Origin: an uncultured Gemmatimonas sp.
Lineage (GTDB): Bacteria; Gemmatimonadota; Gemmatimonadetes; Gemmatimonadales; GWC2-71-9
Assembly (NCBI GenBank): GCA_964619465.1
Contig: CAZUES010000001.1
Coordinates: 198,730 to 262,729 of the forward strand
Reading direction: 5' to 3'
DNA: 64,000 bases
In this document: positions 36,182 through 48,128 of the stretch, piece by piece
Layout of the letters: every line of letters starts with the position of its first letter
How positions within the stretch are numbered: the stretch's first letter is position 1
The notes under the pieces: generated by a model
Database searches by the model: none
What the model was told of the DNA's origin: nothing
The model's input: the letters and a program-made list of their open reading frames with translations, nothing else
Made by a program: the position numbers and the translations under genes

Positions 36182-37450
36182 GTGCGTCTGATCCTCCAGC
36201 CCGCCGTCCTGCTGCTTGCCGTGCTCTCCGCGTCCTGTGCCCAGCAGGCGGACTCCAACGACTATCTGGAGCGCGCGCGCCGGCTCCATCGGGAAATTCC
36301 CATGATCGACACCCACAACGATCTGCCGTGGGTCGTCTTTGCCGAAGGGGGTGGCCGGTTCGACCGGTTCGATCCCGACCAGTCACTGCCGTCGATCGAC
36401 ACGGATATTCCGCGGCTCAAGGAAGGGCTCGTTGGCGGGCAGTTCTGGGCGGCGTACGTCCCGTCGCTCTTCATGGAGCATGGGGCCGCGATGCCGACGC
36501 TGGGCCAGATCGATCTGGTCCACCGGATGATCGAGCGTTCGCCCACCCTCGAGTACGCCACCACCGCGGATGACATCGTTCGGATCCACAAGGCAGGGAA
36601 GATTGCCTCGCTGATCGGGATCGAGGGTGGTCATTCGATCGACAATTCACTGGCCGTCCTCAGGATGTTCCATGAGCTTGGGGTCCGTTATCTGACGCTG
36701 ACCCACAGCGCCACGCTGCCGTGGGCCGACGCCGCCACCGATGTTGCGACGCACGGCGGTCTCTCACGCTTCGGTGAGGAAGTGGTGCGGGAGATGAACC
36801 GGGTCGGCATGATGGTCGATCTCTCACATGTATCCGACGGCACCATGTCCGACGCGCTCCGGGTTTCCGAGGCGCCGGTCATCTTCAGCCACTCCTCGGC
36901 GCGCGCCCTGGCCGATCACGTCCGGAACGTGCCCGACAGCATCCTGGCGCAGTTGCCCGGGAACGGCGGGGTGGTGATGATCAACTTCTTTCCCGGCTTC
37001 CTCGACCCGCAGGCGGCCAAAGAGGCGGCGGGGGTGCTGCAGATGGAGCGGGAGATCAAGGCCAAGCATCCCAAGGATCCCAACGCAGCTGCCGCCGAGT
37101 TCGCCACCTACATCCGGAACTTCCGTACCAACGATGCCACGCTTGCGCAGGTAGCTGACCACATCGAACATGTCGTGAAAGTTGCCGGGGTCGACCACGT
37201 CGGTTTGGGCGCCGACTATGCCAGCCTGGGCCAGCATCCGATCGGGCTCGAGAACGTGAGCCGGTACCCCTATCTGTCGGCCGAGTTGCTGCGGCGGGGC
37301 TGGAGCGACGAGGACGTCAAGAAGGTGATCGGGCTCAACCTGCTCAGGGTGATGCGGAGCGTCGAGCAGACGGCGGCTACGCTGCGGCAGAGCCGCCCGG
37401 CCTCGGCCGCGACGATCGAAGAACTCGACAATCATGCGGGGAGTCGGTAA
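36182..37450 (+). CDS. Membrane dipeptidase (peptidase M19), copy 1
   Basis: DTHND, GGQFWAAY, IEGGH, YLTLTH, DLSH, IFSHS, HIEH, GLGAD. Confidence 0.93.
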   Translation: MRLILQPAVLLLAVLSASCAQQADSNDYLERARRLHREIPMIDTHNDLPWVVFAEGGGRFDRFDPDQSLPSIDTDIPRLKEGLVGGQFWAAYVPSLFMEHGAAMPTLGQIDLVHRMIERSPTLEYATTADDIVRIHKAGKIASLIGIEGGHSIDNSLAVLRMFHELGVRYLTLTHSATLPWADAATDVATHGGLSRFGEEVVREMNRVGMMVDLSHVSDGTMSDALRVSEAPVIFSHSSARALADHVRNVPDSILAQLPGNGGVVMINFFPGFLDPQAAKEAAGVLQMEREIKAKHPKDPNAAAAEFATYIRNFRTNDATLAQVADHIEHVVKVAGVDHVGLGADYASLGQHPIGLENVSRYPYLSAELLRRGWSDEDVKKVIGLNLLRVMRSVEQTAATLRQSRPASAATIEELDNHAGSR

Positions 37451-37454
37451 CCGG

Positions 37455-38714
37455 ATGCGCTCGGTTCTCATGGCAGTGGCGCTTGCGGGCGCCATCGTAT
37501 CGACGGGTATTGCGCAGCAGGCTGATTCGACGACGTTGCTCGAGCGGGCGCGCCGGCTTCATCGCGAGGTGCCGTTGATCGACGGGCATAACGATCTCTC
37601 TTCGGCAGTCTTGTCGACCGGGAAGGGCAGTTTCGAGCGTTTCGATCCGGACAAGGGCTTACCCGATCTCGACACCGACATTCCGCGGCTTCGGACCGGC
37701 CTGGTCGGGGGACAGTTCTGGTCCGCCTATGTGCCGTCGTCGCTGATGGGGAACGGGGCCGGGAACTATGCGCTGCAGCAGATCGATGCGATCCGTCGGA
37801 TGGTGGCGCGGTCGCCGTCGCTCGAGTTTGCCACCACGGCCGACGATATCGTTCGGATCCATCAGGCGGGGAAGATTGCCTCGTTGATCGGGATCGAGGG
37901 CGGCCATGCCATCGAGAACTCGCTGCCCGCGCTCCGCCAGTTCTACGCGCTTGGCGTACGCTACATGACGCTGACCCACAGTGCCACGACGCCGTGGGCC
38001 GACGCCGCCACGGACGAGGCGCGCCACGGCGGGCTTTCCCGATTTGGGGAGGAAGTGGTGCGGGAAATGAATCGACTCGGCATGCTGATCGATCTCTCCC
38101 ACGTATCCGATGGCACCATGTCCGACGCGCTCAGGATTGCCGAGGCGCCGGTGATCTTCAGCCACTCCTCGGCGCGGGCGCTGGCCGACCATGTCCGGAA
38201 CGTGCCTGACAGCATCCTTGCCAAGCTGCCCGGCAACGGTGGCGTGGTGATGATCAACTTCTTCCCGGGTTTCATTGATCCGCAAGCTGCGCATGAGGCC
38301 GCCGGGGTGCTGCAGAAGGAGCGGGAGTTCAAGACACAGTTTCCCAACAATCCGAAAGCGGTGAGCGAGGCGTTCGGGGCCTGGATCCGGAACTTCCGGA
38401 CCAACGATGCCACGCTGGCGCAGGTGGTCGACCACATCGAACACATTCGCAAGGTGGCCGGGGTCGATCATGTCGGCATCGGCGCGGACTACGCCGGCCT
38501 GGGCCAGCATCCGATCGGACTGGGCGACGTGACGCGGTACCCCTATCTGACTGCCGAACTGCTCCGGCGTGGCTGGAGCGACGAGGATGTCAAGAAGGTG
38601 CTTGGCTTGAATGTTCTTCGGGCTATACGTGGAGCAGAGCAGGCTGCAGTCAAGCTCCGTAAGGACCGTCCGGCGTCAACCATGACGTTTGAACAGCTCT
38701 CCACGGCTCCATAA
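37455..38714 (+). CDS. Membrane dipeptidase (peptidase M19), copy 2
   Basis: DGHND, GGQFWSAY, IEGGH, YMTLTH, DLSH, IFSHS, GIGAD; close paralog of the preceding gene. Confidence 0.93.
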   Translation: MRSVLMAVALAGAIVSTGIAQQADSTTLLERARRLHREVPLIDGHNDLSSAVLSTGKGSFERFDPDKGLPDLDTDIPRLRTGLVGGQFWSAYVPSSLMGNGAGNYALQQIDAIRRMVARSPSLEFATTADDIVRIHQAGKIASLIGIEGGHAIENSLPALRQFYALGVRYMTLTHSATTPWADAATDEARHGGLSRFGEEVVREMNRLGMLIDLSHVSDGTMSDALRIAEAPVIFSHSSARALADHVRNVPDSILAKLPGNGGVVMINFFPGFIDPQAAHEAAGVLQKEREFKTQFPNNPKAVSEAFGAWIRNFRTNDATLAQVVDHIEHIRKVAGVDHVGIGADYAGLGQHPIGLGDVTRYPYLTAELLRRGWSDEDVKKVLGLNVLRAIRGAEQAAVKLRKDRPASTMTFEQLSTAP

Positions 38715-38850
38715 CGTTCGGCGGGAACGGCGACGCGAACAAGTCCGAAGTTGTAGTTCAACGAGTTCGAATGGCGGACAACGAGGAACGCCGTTTCCTC
38801 TGATTTGCCAAGTGGACGAAGGCCCCGCTCGCCGCGGGGTCAAGGAGAGG

Positions 38851-39099
38851 TTACCCCGCTGCCCGTTCTTTAGGGGTCAACTCATTCCGGTACAAGCGCA
38901 CCGCTTCCAGCACCATCTCGTCGAGTCCGGCGCCGCCCGTCTCGTCGATATGCGCAAGCAGCGCCTGCCGCATCCGTGGATCCCAGGATCGCCGGATGTG
39001 CATCGCCGTGCCGCTCAACCCCTCGGCCCGATCCGGGAAGCTCCGGTGGAACTGCCCGATTTGGTTGGCCATCTGAATCAGGAGTGCCGTATCCGTCAT
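38851..39099 (-). CDS. fdsD: NAD-dependent formate dehydrogenase delta subunit
   Basis: LIQMANQIGQF...HIRRSWDPRMRQAL; overlaps the fdsA stop. Confidence 0.88.
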   Translation of the reverse strand: MTDTALLIQMANQIGQFHRSFPDRAEGLSGTAMHIRRSWDPRMRQALLAHIDETGGAGLDEMVLEAVRLYRNELTPKERAAG

Positions 39100-41939
39100 G
39101 AGGTAATCCGCTGCTCGAGCAGCGCCAGCTGCTCCTCGGTGAACTGCTGGAACCGGTTCTGCCACTCCGACGACCGGAACACCGGCATCACCTGCACCGC
39201 GGTGACCTTGTACTCGGGACAGTTGGTGGCCCAGTCCGAATTTTCCGTGGTGATCACGTTGGCGCCCGACTCCGGGTGGTGAAACGTGGTGTAGACCACG
39301 CCCGGCTGGACCCGTTCGGTGATGGTCGCGCGCAGCGTCGTCTCGCCGGCCCGACTCATGATGCCGACCCAGTCGCCCTCGCGGATACCGCGCTCTTCCG
39401 CATCGTGCGGATGGATCTCGATCCGGTCTTCCTCGTGCCAGTCGACGTTATGCGTCCGCCTGGTCTGTGCACCGACATTGTACTGCGACAGGATCCGCCC
39501 GGTGGTGAGGATCAGCGGGTACTTGCGATTGACCTTTTCCGCCGTCGGGACATACTCGGTCAGCAGGAAACGGCCCTTGCCACGCACGAACTGATCGATG
39601 TGCATGGTCGGCGTCCCTTCCGGGCTGGCGTCGTTGCAGGGCCACTGGATGCTGCCCAGCTCCTCCAGCCGCTGATAGCTCACCCCGGTAAAGGTCGGCG
39701 TCAGCCGCGCGATCTCGTCCATGATTTCGGACGGGTGGTTGTAGTGCATCGGGTAGCCCAGCGCGTTGGCGAGCGCCACCGTGATTTCCCAGTCCTCCAT
39801 GCCCGCCACCGGCTCGGTAACCTTCCGAACCCGCGAAATTCGCCGCTCCGCATTGGTGAAAGTGCCGTTCTTCTCGAGGAACGACGACCCCGGGAGAAAG
39901 ACATGGGCGAATTTAGCCGTCTCGTTGAGGAAGAGATCCTGCACCACGATGCATTCCATCGCCGTCAGTGCGGCGGTGACATGCTGCGTATTCGGATCGG
40001 ACTGCGCGATGTCCTCGCCCTCGAGGTAGAGGCCCTTGAAGGAGCCGTCGAGTGCTGCGGAAAACATGTTGGGAATCCGGAGCCCGGGCTCGGGTTCGAG
40101 ACTGACGCCCCAGGCGGACTCGAAGGTCGACCGGACCGCATCGTCGAGTACATGGCGGTAGCCGGGCAGCTCGTGGGGGAAGGAGCCCATGTCGCAGGAG
40201 CCCTGGACGTTGTTCTGCCCCCGGAGCGGATTGACGCCCACCCCTTCTCGACCCACGTTCCCGGTGACCATGGCGAGGTTGGCAATGCCGATCACCGCCG
40301 TCGAGCCCTGGCTGTGCTCGGTCACACCGAGTCCGTAATAGATCGCGGCGTTGCCCCCGGTGGCGAAGAGACGGGCCGCGCCCCGCACCAGCTCGGCAGG
40401 AACACCGGTGACGTCTTCGAGCGCCTCGGGCGAATGCTCCGGCCGGGCCACGAACTCCTTCCAACTGGCAGAGCTGGCAGGGTCGCACCGCTCGGCGATG
40501 TAGTCGTCCTGGGCCAGTCCCTCGGTCACCACGACGTGCGCCAGAGAATTGAGCAGCGCGACGTTGGTTCCCGGACGGAGCTTGAGATGGTAATCGGCCT
40601 CGACGTGCGCCGAGCGGACCAGGTCGATCTGGCGCGGGTCGGCCACGATCAGCCGGGCTCCCTCGCGGATCCGCCGCTTCATGTAGGAGGCAAAGACCGG
40701 GTGCCCGTCGGTCGGATTGGCGCCGATCACGAAGATCACGTCCGCCTTCATTACCGAGTCGAAGTTCTGGGTCCCTGCCGATTCGCCCAGCGTCTGCTTG
40801 AGGCCGTACCCGGTCGGCGAATGGCAAACCCGTGCGCAGGTGTCGATGTTGTTGTTGCCGAATGCCGTGCGTACCAGCTTCTGCATCAGATAGGTCTCTT
40901 CGTTGCTGCAGCGCGACGAGGAGATGGCTCCCACGGCTCCGCGGCCATGTTTGGCCTGAAGCCGCTTGAACTCCGAGGCGGCGTAGCCGATGGCCTCTTC
41001 CCAGCTGACCTCACGCCACGGGTCGGTGATCTTTTCGCGGATCATCGGCTTGGTGATCCGGTCCTTATGCGTAGCATAGCCCCAGGCAAAACGCCCCTTG
41101 ACGCAGGAATGCCCGTGGTTGGCCTGGCCGTTCTTGTGCGGCGTCATCCGCACCACGACGTTTCCCTTCATCTCGGCTTCGAAGGAGCAACCAACGCCGC
41201 AGTAGCCGCAGGTCGTGACGACCGAGTGGCTGGGCGTCCCGGCCTCGATGACCGAGTTCTCCATCAGCGTGGCGGTCGGGCAGGCCTGCACGCAGGCTCC
41301 GCAGGAAACGCACTCCGACTCCATGAATGATTCGAGCTGCCCAGGTGATACTACCGAATCGAAGCCGCGGCCCGAGATGGTCAGCGCAAAGGTGCCCTGG
41401 ATGTCTTCACAAGCCCGAACGCAGCGCGAGCAGACGATGCACTTGCTCGGATCGAAGGTGAAGTACGGATTGGAGGTATCCTTTTCCGCCTTCAGGTGAT
41501 TGGCGCCCTCGTATCCGTAGCGCACCTCCCGGAGGCCCACTTCGCCCGCGACGTCCTGCAACTCGCAGTCGCCGTTGGCTGAGCAGGTCAGGCAGTCGAG
41601 CGGGTGGTCGGAGATGTACAGCTCCATCACGCCCCGACGCAGCTTGCCGATCTGCTGGTTCTGGGTGGTGACCTTCATGCCGGGTTCGACCGGCGTGGTG
41701 CATGATGCGGGGAAGCCGCGGCGCCCCTCGATCTGCACCAGGCAGAGCCGACACGACCCGAATGCGTCGAGGCTGTCGGTGGCGCACAGTTTGGGGATAC
41801 TGACACCCGCCGTGACGGCGGCGCGCATCACCGAGGTGCCCTCCGGCACGGTTACCGGAATGCCGTCGACGGTGAGCGCCACGGTCGCCGCACCTGGTCG
41901 GGCAGGGGTGCCGTAGTCGAGTTCGTGAATTGCAGTCAT
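39096..41939 (-). CDS. fdsA: NAD-dependent formate dehydrogenase alpha subunit (Mo, Cys ligand)
   Basis: Fe-S motifs CRLC, HPLDC, CIVCSRC, CVSCGAC, CGYCGVGC; active site CARVCHSPT; PLRGQNNVQG. Confidence 0.95.
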   Translation of the reverse strand: MTAIHELDYGTPARPGAATVALTVDGIPVTVPEGTSVMRAAVTAGVSIPKLCATDSLDAFGSCRLCLVQIEGRRGFPASCTTPVEPGMKVTTQNQQIGKLRRGVMELYISDHPLDCLTCSANGDCELQDVAGEVGLREVRYGYEGANHLKAEKDTSNPYFTFDPSKCIVCSRCVRACEDIQGTFALTISGRGFDSVVSPGQLESFMESECVSCGACVQACPTATLMENSVIEAGTPSHSVVTTCGYCGVGCSFEAEMKGNVVVRMTPHKNGQANHGHSCVKGRFAWGYATHKDRITKPMIREKITDPWREVSWEEAIGYAASEFKRLQAKHGRGAVGAISSSRCSNEETYLMQKLVRTAFGNNNIDTCARVCHSPTGYGLKQTLGESAGTQNFDSVMKADVIFVIGANPTDGHPVFASYMKRRIREGARLIVADPRQIDLVRSAHVEADYHLKLRPGTNVALLNSLAHVVVTEGLAQDDYIAERCDPASSASWKEFVARPEHSPEALEDVTGVPAELVRGAARLFATGGNAAIYYGLGVTEHSQGSTAVIGIANLAMVTGNVGREGVGVNPLRGQNNVQGSCDMGSFPHELPGYRHVLDDAVRSTFESAWGVSLEPEPGLRIPNMFSAALDGSFKGLYLEGEDIAQSDPNTQHVTAALTAMECIVVQDLFLNETAKFAHVFLPGSSFLEKNGTFTNAERRISRVRKVTEPVAGMEDWEITVALANALGYPMHYNHPSEIMDEIARLTPTFTGVSYQRLEELGSIQWPCNDASPEGTPTMHIDQFVRGKGRFLLTEYVPTAEKVNRKYPLILTTGRILSQYNVGAQTRRTHNVDWHEEDRIEIHPHDAEERGIREGDWVGIMSRAGETTLRATITERVQPGVVYTTFHHPESGANVITTENSDWATNCPEYKVTAVQVMPVFRSSEWQNRFQQFTEEQLALLEQRITS

Positions 41940-41954
41940 GATCGACTCCCTCGT

Positions 41955-43510
<1,556 letters not shown>

Positions 43511-43514
<4 letters not shown>

Positions 43515-43999
43515 GACTCGCGCGCCTCGGTCAGGAGGGCGTCGAACACCTGAGGTGTGACGCGACCGTGGATCCGGCCTCCCAGAGTCAGCGCGGGCGA
43601 CAGGGCGCAGTTACCGAGACAGTAGACCGGTTCGAGGGTCACGGCGCCGTCCGCGGTCGTCTCGTGCCAGTCGATTCCCAACACCTCTCGCGCCCGCGAA
43701 ATCAGCCCCTCGGCGCCGACCGCCTGGCAGGATTCGGCCCGGCAGATGCGCAGCACGGTCCGCCCGGCCGGTGTCTCACGGAAGTCGTGATAGAACGACA
43801 CCACGCCGTGGACTTCCGCCCGGGACAGATTCAGTTGCTGCGCAATGACGGCGACCGCTTCACCGGGAATGTGGCCGAGTGTCTCCTGAACCTGATGAAG
43901 AATGGGGAGGAGGGGGCCGGGTCGGTGTCGGTGCTGCCGGACGGCTGCGTCGATCGCTTTGCCGACGTCGGGAGTCGGAATTGATACATCATCAGACAT
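43511..43999 (-). CDS. fdsG: NAD-dependent formate dehydrogenase gamma subunit (NuoE-like)
   Basis: LLPILH, SRAEVHGVVSFYHDF, ICRAESC, YCLGNC. Confidence 0.93.
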
Positions 44000-44055
44000 C
44001 CTTCTAAGGTTCCCAGGCCGGCCCGGAACCGCAAATTGAGGTTCCCGATAGACTG

Positions 44056-44070
44056 ATAGGCGGGGTCTAT
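44056..44070. promoter_or_regulatory. LysR-type box ATAG-N7-CTAT (T-N11-A)
   Basis: ATAGGCGGGGTCTAT between divergent fdsG and the transporter gene, nested in ATAGAC-N11-GTCTAT (44048-44070). Confidence 0.6.
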
Positions 44071-44153
44071 GATCTTCCAGATCGGCCTCCTCCTAACCCG
44101 GCGCCGATGGCTGGGTCACTTGTCCGGCGATCCGGCGTGGATGAACTTGGGCG

Positions 44154-45716
44154 ATGCCGCCGTCGATCTCCCTCGACCGCTTTCGCGTTCCCGCCGTGCT
44201 GGCCGGTCCACTCCTGGGCTTGGTCATGTACCTGATATTGCCCGCCCGGTACGACGGCCTCGACGGCGAGACCATTGCGTTGTCCCATGCCGCGCGAGCG
44301 ACGCTGGCCGTGGTCGTCTGGATGGCCACCTGGTGGCTCACGGAGGCGATCGACATTGCCGCGACGGCGTTGCTGCCCGTGGCCGTCTTCCCGCTGCTCG
44401 GGGTCATGCCGATCAGTCGAGCCGCTGCGCCCTACGGCTCGGAGCTGATCTTCCTGTTCATGGGCGGGTTCATCCTGGCGCTTTCGCTCCAGCGCTGGCA
44501 ACTGGACCGGCGGATTGCGCTCTTCACGCTCCGCATCGTGGGTTCGAAGCCCGCCAATATCATCGGCGGCTTCATGCTGGTGACCTTCGTGATCGGGATG
44601 TGGGTCTCCAATACGGCGACGGCTGCGATGATGGTCCCGATTGCCGTGAGCGTCATCTATCTCCTCCGAAGCGATACCGATGCCGGCGACCAGGCCGACC
44701 AGACCAGCCGCCGCTTCGCGGTGGCGCTCATGCTCGGCATTGCCTATGCGGCCTCGATCAGCGGTGTCACCACGATCATCGGATCGCCGCCCAACGGGAT
44801 CCTGGTGCAGTTCGTCGAGCTGCAGTACGGCCGGGAAATCGGGTTTGCGCAGTGGATGCTCATCGGCGTGCCGCTGGCCATCGTGTTCCTGCCGATCACC
44901 TGGTTGCTACTAACCCGAGTGATCTATCCCGTCGGTGAGACGCCGATTCGCGGCGGGCCGGCCCTCTTCGACCGCGAGTTCCGCAAGCTGGGCCCGATGA
45001 AGCGCGGCGAGTGGGTGACCATGGTCGTCTTTGCGGCCACCGCGCTGCTCTGGATCACGCGGCCGCTGCTGGCAAGCATCGTCGTCGGCACCGGTTCCGA
45101 CGCGCGGCGGCTGTTCGCGGGCCTGTCCGACCCGGGCATCGCCATCTGTGCCGGGCTGGCGCTCTTTCTCATTCCCGTCGCCGGTGCTCCGTCGGCCGAG
45201 GCTCCAGCGGGCCGCCGCCGCAAGGCGGTGTTTGCCATGGACTGGCAGACGGCGGTCAAGTTGCCGTGGGGGATTCTCGTCCTGTTCGGTGGCGGCTTGA
45301 GCCTCGCCGCCGCCATTCAGGCGACCGGTGTCGCCGAGTTTCTTGCTGCGCAGGCCCGGGGGCTTGGCGGGGTGCCGCCGATCGTCGTGGTACTGGCGGT
45401 GACCACGGGCGTCATGTTTCTGACCGAGCTGACGAGCAACACCGCGACCGCCGCCACGCTCGTGCCCGTCCTGGCCGGCCTGGCGCCCGGGCTCGGTGTA
45501 GGCCCCGAGATGCTGCTCCTGCCGGCGATCTTCGCAACCAGCTGCGCATTCATGATGCCCGTGGCCACGCCCCCGAACGCGATCGTCTTCGGTTCGGGGT
45601 TCGTCTCCATCCGCGAGATGGTAAAGGCCGGTTTCTGGCTCAGCCTCATCGGCATCGTTCTCATCGTCGCGGCGCTGTATCTCCTGGTCATTCCCGTCCT
45701 GGGAACGTTTTCGTGA
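44154..45716 (+). CDS. DASS/SLC13 family anion transporter
   Basis: WWLTEAI, FLFMGGF, WVSNTATAAMM, TIIGSPPN, LTSNTATA, FMMPVATPPNAIV. Confidence 0.92.
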   Translation: MPPSISLDRFRVPAVLAGPLLGLVMYLILPARYDGLDGETIALSHAARATLAVVVWMATWWLTEAIDIAATALLPVAVFPLLGVMPISRAAAPYGSELIFLFMGGFILALSLQRWQLDRRIALFTLRIVGSKPANIIGGFMLVTFVIGMWVSNTATAAMMVPIAVSVIYLLRSDTDAGDQADQTSRRFAVALMLGIAYAASISGVTTIIGSPPNGILVQFVELQYGREIGFAQWMLIGVPLAIVFLPITWLLLTRVIYPVGETPIRGGPALFDREFRKLGPMKRGEWVTMVVFAATALLWITRPLLASIVVGTGSDARRLFAGLSDPGIAICAGLALFLIPVAGAPSAEAPAGRRRKAVFAMDWQTAVKLPWGILVLFGGGLSLAAAIQATGVAEFLAAQARGLGGVPPIVVVLAVTTGVMFLTELTSNTATAATLVPVLAGLAPGLGVGPEMLLLPAIFATSCAFMMPVATPPNAIVFGSGFVSIREMVKAGFWLSLIGIVLIVAALYLLVIPVLGTFS

Positions 45717-45770
45717 GATGAGTCGGGCCGATCGGGACGTATATTGGGACCTCTCCAGTCCGGTGGAGCC

Positions 45771-46616
45771 ATGGAAGCATTCGAGTCAGAAGCGGGGCCG
45801 GGGCTCACCCGGTTGGGGTTTGCGGCGCCGATCGAGGAGACGCCGGCGGTGCGGTGGACGGGCGCCGAGGCCGTAGAGACGGTCGAGCCGATTGCCCAGG
45901 AGGTGCCGGTTTCCCTGGCGTACAACGGGATGCCGCACCTGGTCATGATGGCGACTCCGCAGGACCTGGAGGACTTCGCGCTCGGTTTCAGCTACACCGA
46001 GGAGCTCGTCACGGCGCCGACGGAGATGCGGAGCGTCGAGGTGGTGCGATTCAGCCAGGGCATCGAGCTGCAGGTCGAAGTGGCGGAAGAGCGGATGGCG
46101 GCGATTCAGGGCCGCTCGCGCCGCCTCACGGGACGGACCGGTTGCGGGATCTGCGGCGCGGAGGCCTTTCGCGACGTGCTGCGCGAGGTCCGTCCGGTCG
46201 CCGCCGGGCAGCCGGTCTCGGGCGCCGTGCTCGCGGATGCGCTTGCTGCGCTAAACCGGGCCCAGCCCCTCAACGCCGCGGCCGGTGCGGTCCATGCCGC
46301 CGGCTGGGCCCGATTCGACGGCACGCTCGGCCGGGTGCGCGAGGATGTGGGCCGGCACAACGCGCTCGATAAGCTGATCGGTGCGCTGCTCCGCGACGGG
46401 GTCGATCCGGGCAGCGGCTTCGTGGTGGTCACCAGCCGGGCGAGCTTCGAAATGGTCCAGAAGACGGCCCGGTTCGGGGCGCCGATCCTCGCGGCCATCT
46501 CGGGGCCGACCGGTCTGGCCATTCGGGTTGCGGAGCAGGCGGGTATGACGCTGGTCGGTTTTGCGCGGGGCGACCGCCGCACCGTCTATGCGGGGCCTGA
46601 GCGGATCACGGCTTAG
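45771..46616 (+). CDS. fdhD: Formate dehydrogenase accessory sulfurtransferase
   Basis: MATPQDLEDFALGF, GCGICG, VHAA, EDVGRHNALDKLIG, SRASFEMVQK, SGPTGLA. Confidence 0.93.
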   Translation: MEAFESEAGPGLTRLGFAAPIEETPAVRWTGAEAVETVEPIAQEVPVSLAYNGMPHLVMMATPQDLEDFALGFSYTEELVTAPTEMRSVEVVRFSQGIELQVEVAEERMAAIQGRSRRLTGRTGCGICGAEAFRDVLREVRPVAAGQPVSGAVLADALAALNRAQPLNAAAGAVHAAGWARFDGTLGRVREDVGRHNALDKLIGALLRDGVDPGSGFVVVTSRASFEMVQKTARFGAPILAAISGPTGLAIRVAEQAGMTLVGFARGDRRTVYAGPERITA

Positions 46617-47515
46617 CGGGCCAGGGCCGCGTCCAGATCGAGGGTCTCGGCCAACCGGGTCAGCTCGCGGGCCGACGGGGTGAGGGGTTCACGGTCCGGA
46701 ATCGCCACGCCGATGGTGAACCCCTGGTCCGGGGCCTCGATCGGAATGACCGCAAGGTCCGCTGGCGTGCCGAAGAGGTGCAGGAAGGTCTGGGGGAGCA
46801 CGCTCGCCCACCGACCGGTCTGCAGATGGGCCCAGAGTGCCAGCACTGAATTGGTTTCCACGGCCGGCGTGGCCCCGATGCCGGCTGCTGCAAAGTGGCC
46901 GTCGATGATGCGCCGGTTCTGCATGTTCGGGGTCAGCAGGCAAAGCTCCAGCCGAGCGGCGTCTGCCCAGCTGACGACCGGTCGATCCGCCAGCTGGCCG
47001 GTTCGTGAGGTGAACAGGAAATACCGTTCCCGGTAGAGCGGGATGCCATGCACGTTAGCCAGCGGTTCGTTGTCGAGATAGGTGATGCCCGCATCGAGGC
47101 TGAAGTCGTCGAGCCCGCGCTGGATTTCCTGGGATGACAGCGAGATGACCTGCACCGCCACCTTGGGGTGGGTTGCAACGAAGGGGCCGGTTAGCAGCGC
47201 CACCATGGGCAGCGCGGTCGGAATCACGCCGAGGCTCAAGCGTCCGGAGAGGCCGCCGCGGAGTTCACTGGCTTCCTGCAGCAGGCTGTCGTAGTCGCCC
47301 AGAACGCGGAAAGCCCACTCGAGTACCCGGTCGCCCTCTGGGGTCAGACCTTCGAACCGCTGGGCCCGCCGGACCAGCAGCAGGCCCAACTCTTCCTCCA
47401 GTTGCTTGATACCGGCCGACAGGGTCGGCTGGGTCACGCCGCAGGCCGCGGCCGCGCGGGCGAAATGTTTTTCCCGCGCGAGGGCGACCAGGTACTGGAG
47501 GTTCTTGAGGATCAC
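46613..47515 (-). CDS. LysR family transcriptional regulator (FdsR-like by context)
   Basis: HTH HFARAAAACGVTQPTLSAGIKQLEEELG followed by a LysR substrate-binding domain. Confidence 0.92.
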   Translation of the reverse strand: MILKNLQYLVALAREKHFARAAAACGVTQPTLSAGIKQLEEELGLLLVRRAQRFEGLTPEGDRVLEWAFRVLGDYDSLLQEASELRGGLSGRLSLGVIPTALPMVALLTGPFVATHPKVAVQVISLSSQEIQRGLDDFSLDAGITYLDNEPLANVHGIPLYRERYFLFTSRTGQLADRPVVSWADAARLELCLLTPNMQNRRIIDGHFAAAGIGATPAVETNSVLALWAHLQTGRWASVLPQTFLHLFGTPADLAVIPIEAPDQGFTIGVAIPDREPLTPSARELTRLAETLDLDAALAR

Positions 47516-48126
47516 GGCTTCCGGGTCTTGGCCGCGTAGAGCGAGTCCAGGACCGCGCGGAAGAGACCAAGCGGCTGCGAACCGACGATCAGGCCACCTT
47601 CGACGTAGAAGGTCGGGGTGCTCTGGGCGCCGCTCTTGACGGCGCCTTCAGCATCGGATCGGATCTGCGCCACCGTTTCTTCCGTTTCCAGACAGGCGGA
47701 CATCGCCGCCTTGGGCAGCCGGAGCGAGTCGACCAGGGTCAGGAAGAACGGCGCCGGGTTCCGGAGCGGCCCCCAGGTTTCCTGATGGCGGAAAATCAGA
47801 TCGTGCGCGGGCCAGAACTTCCCGTGCTTGGCGGCGCACATGGCTACCGAGGCCGCGGGAACCGCGTTGGGGTGGATCGAGGTGAGCGGCAGATTGACGA
47901 AGACCCAGCGAACCTTGCCGGTCTGGATGTACTCACGATCGAGCGCAGGGAACGTTTCCAGCGCATGCCGGCGGCAGAAGGGACACTGGAAATCCGACAT
48001 CTCGTAGACGACGATCGGCGCCGAGGGCGCTCCCTTGGAGCGGGCCGAGAGCGGAATGTTCTGGGCGTCCGCCACCGCAGCCAGCGCTGTGCCTAACGAC
48101 AGGGCGAGCAGGAATGCACGCAGCAT
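47512..48126 (-). CDS. DsbA family thiol-disulfide oxidoreductase
   Basis: Signal peptide, KGAPSAPIVVYEMSDFQCPFC, cis-Pro loop STPTF. Confidence 0.9.
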   Translation of the reverse strand: MLRAFLLALSLGTALAAVADAQNIPLSARSKGAPSAPIVVYEMSDFQCPFCRRHALETFPALDREYIQTGKVRWVFVNLPLTSIHPNAVPAASVAMCAAKHGKFWPAHDLIFRHQETWGPLRNPAPFFLTLVDSLRLPKAAMSACLETEETVAQIRSDAEGAVKSGAQSTPTFYVEGGLIVGSQPLGLFRAVLDSLYAAKTRKP

Positions 48127-48128
48127 GA

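Noticed and set aside
39096-41939. Selenocysteine recoding in formate dehydrogenase
   Set aside because: The active site reads CARVCHSPT with a Cys codon and there is no in-frame TGA.
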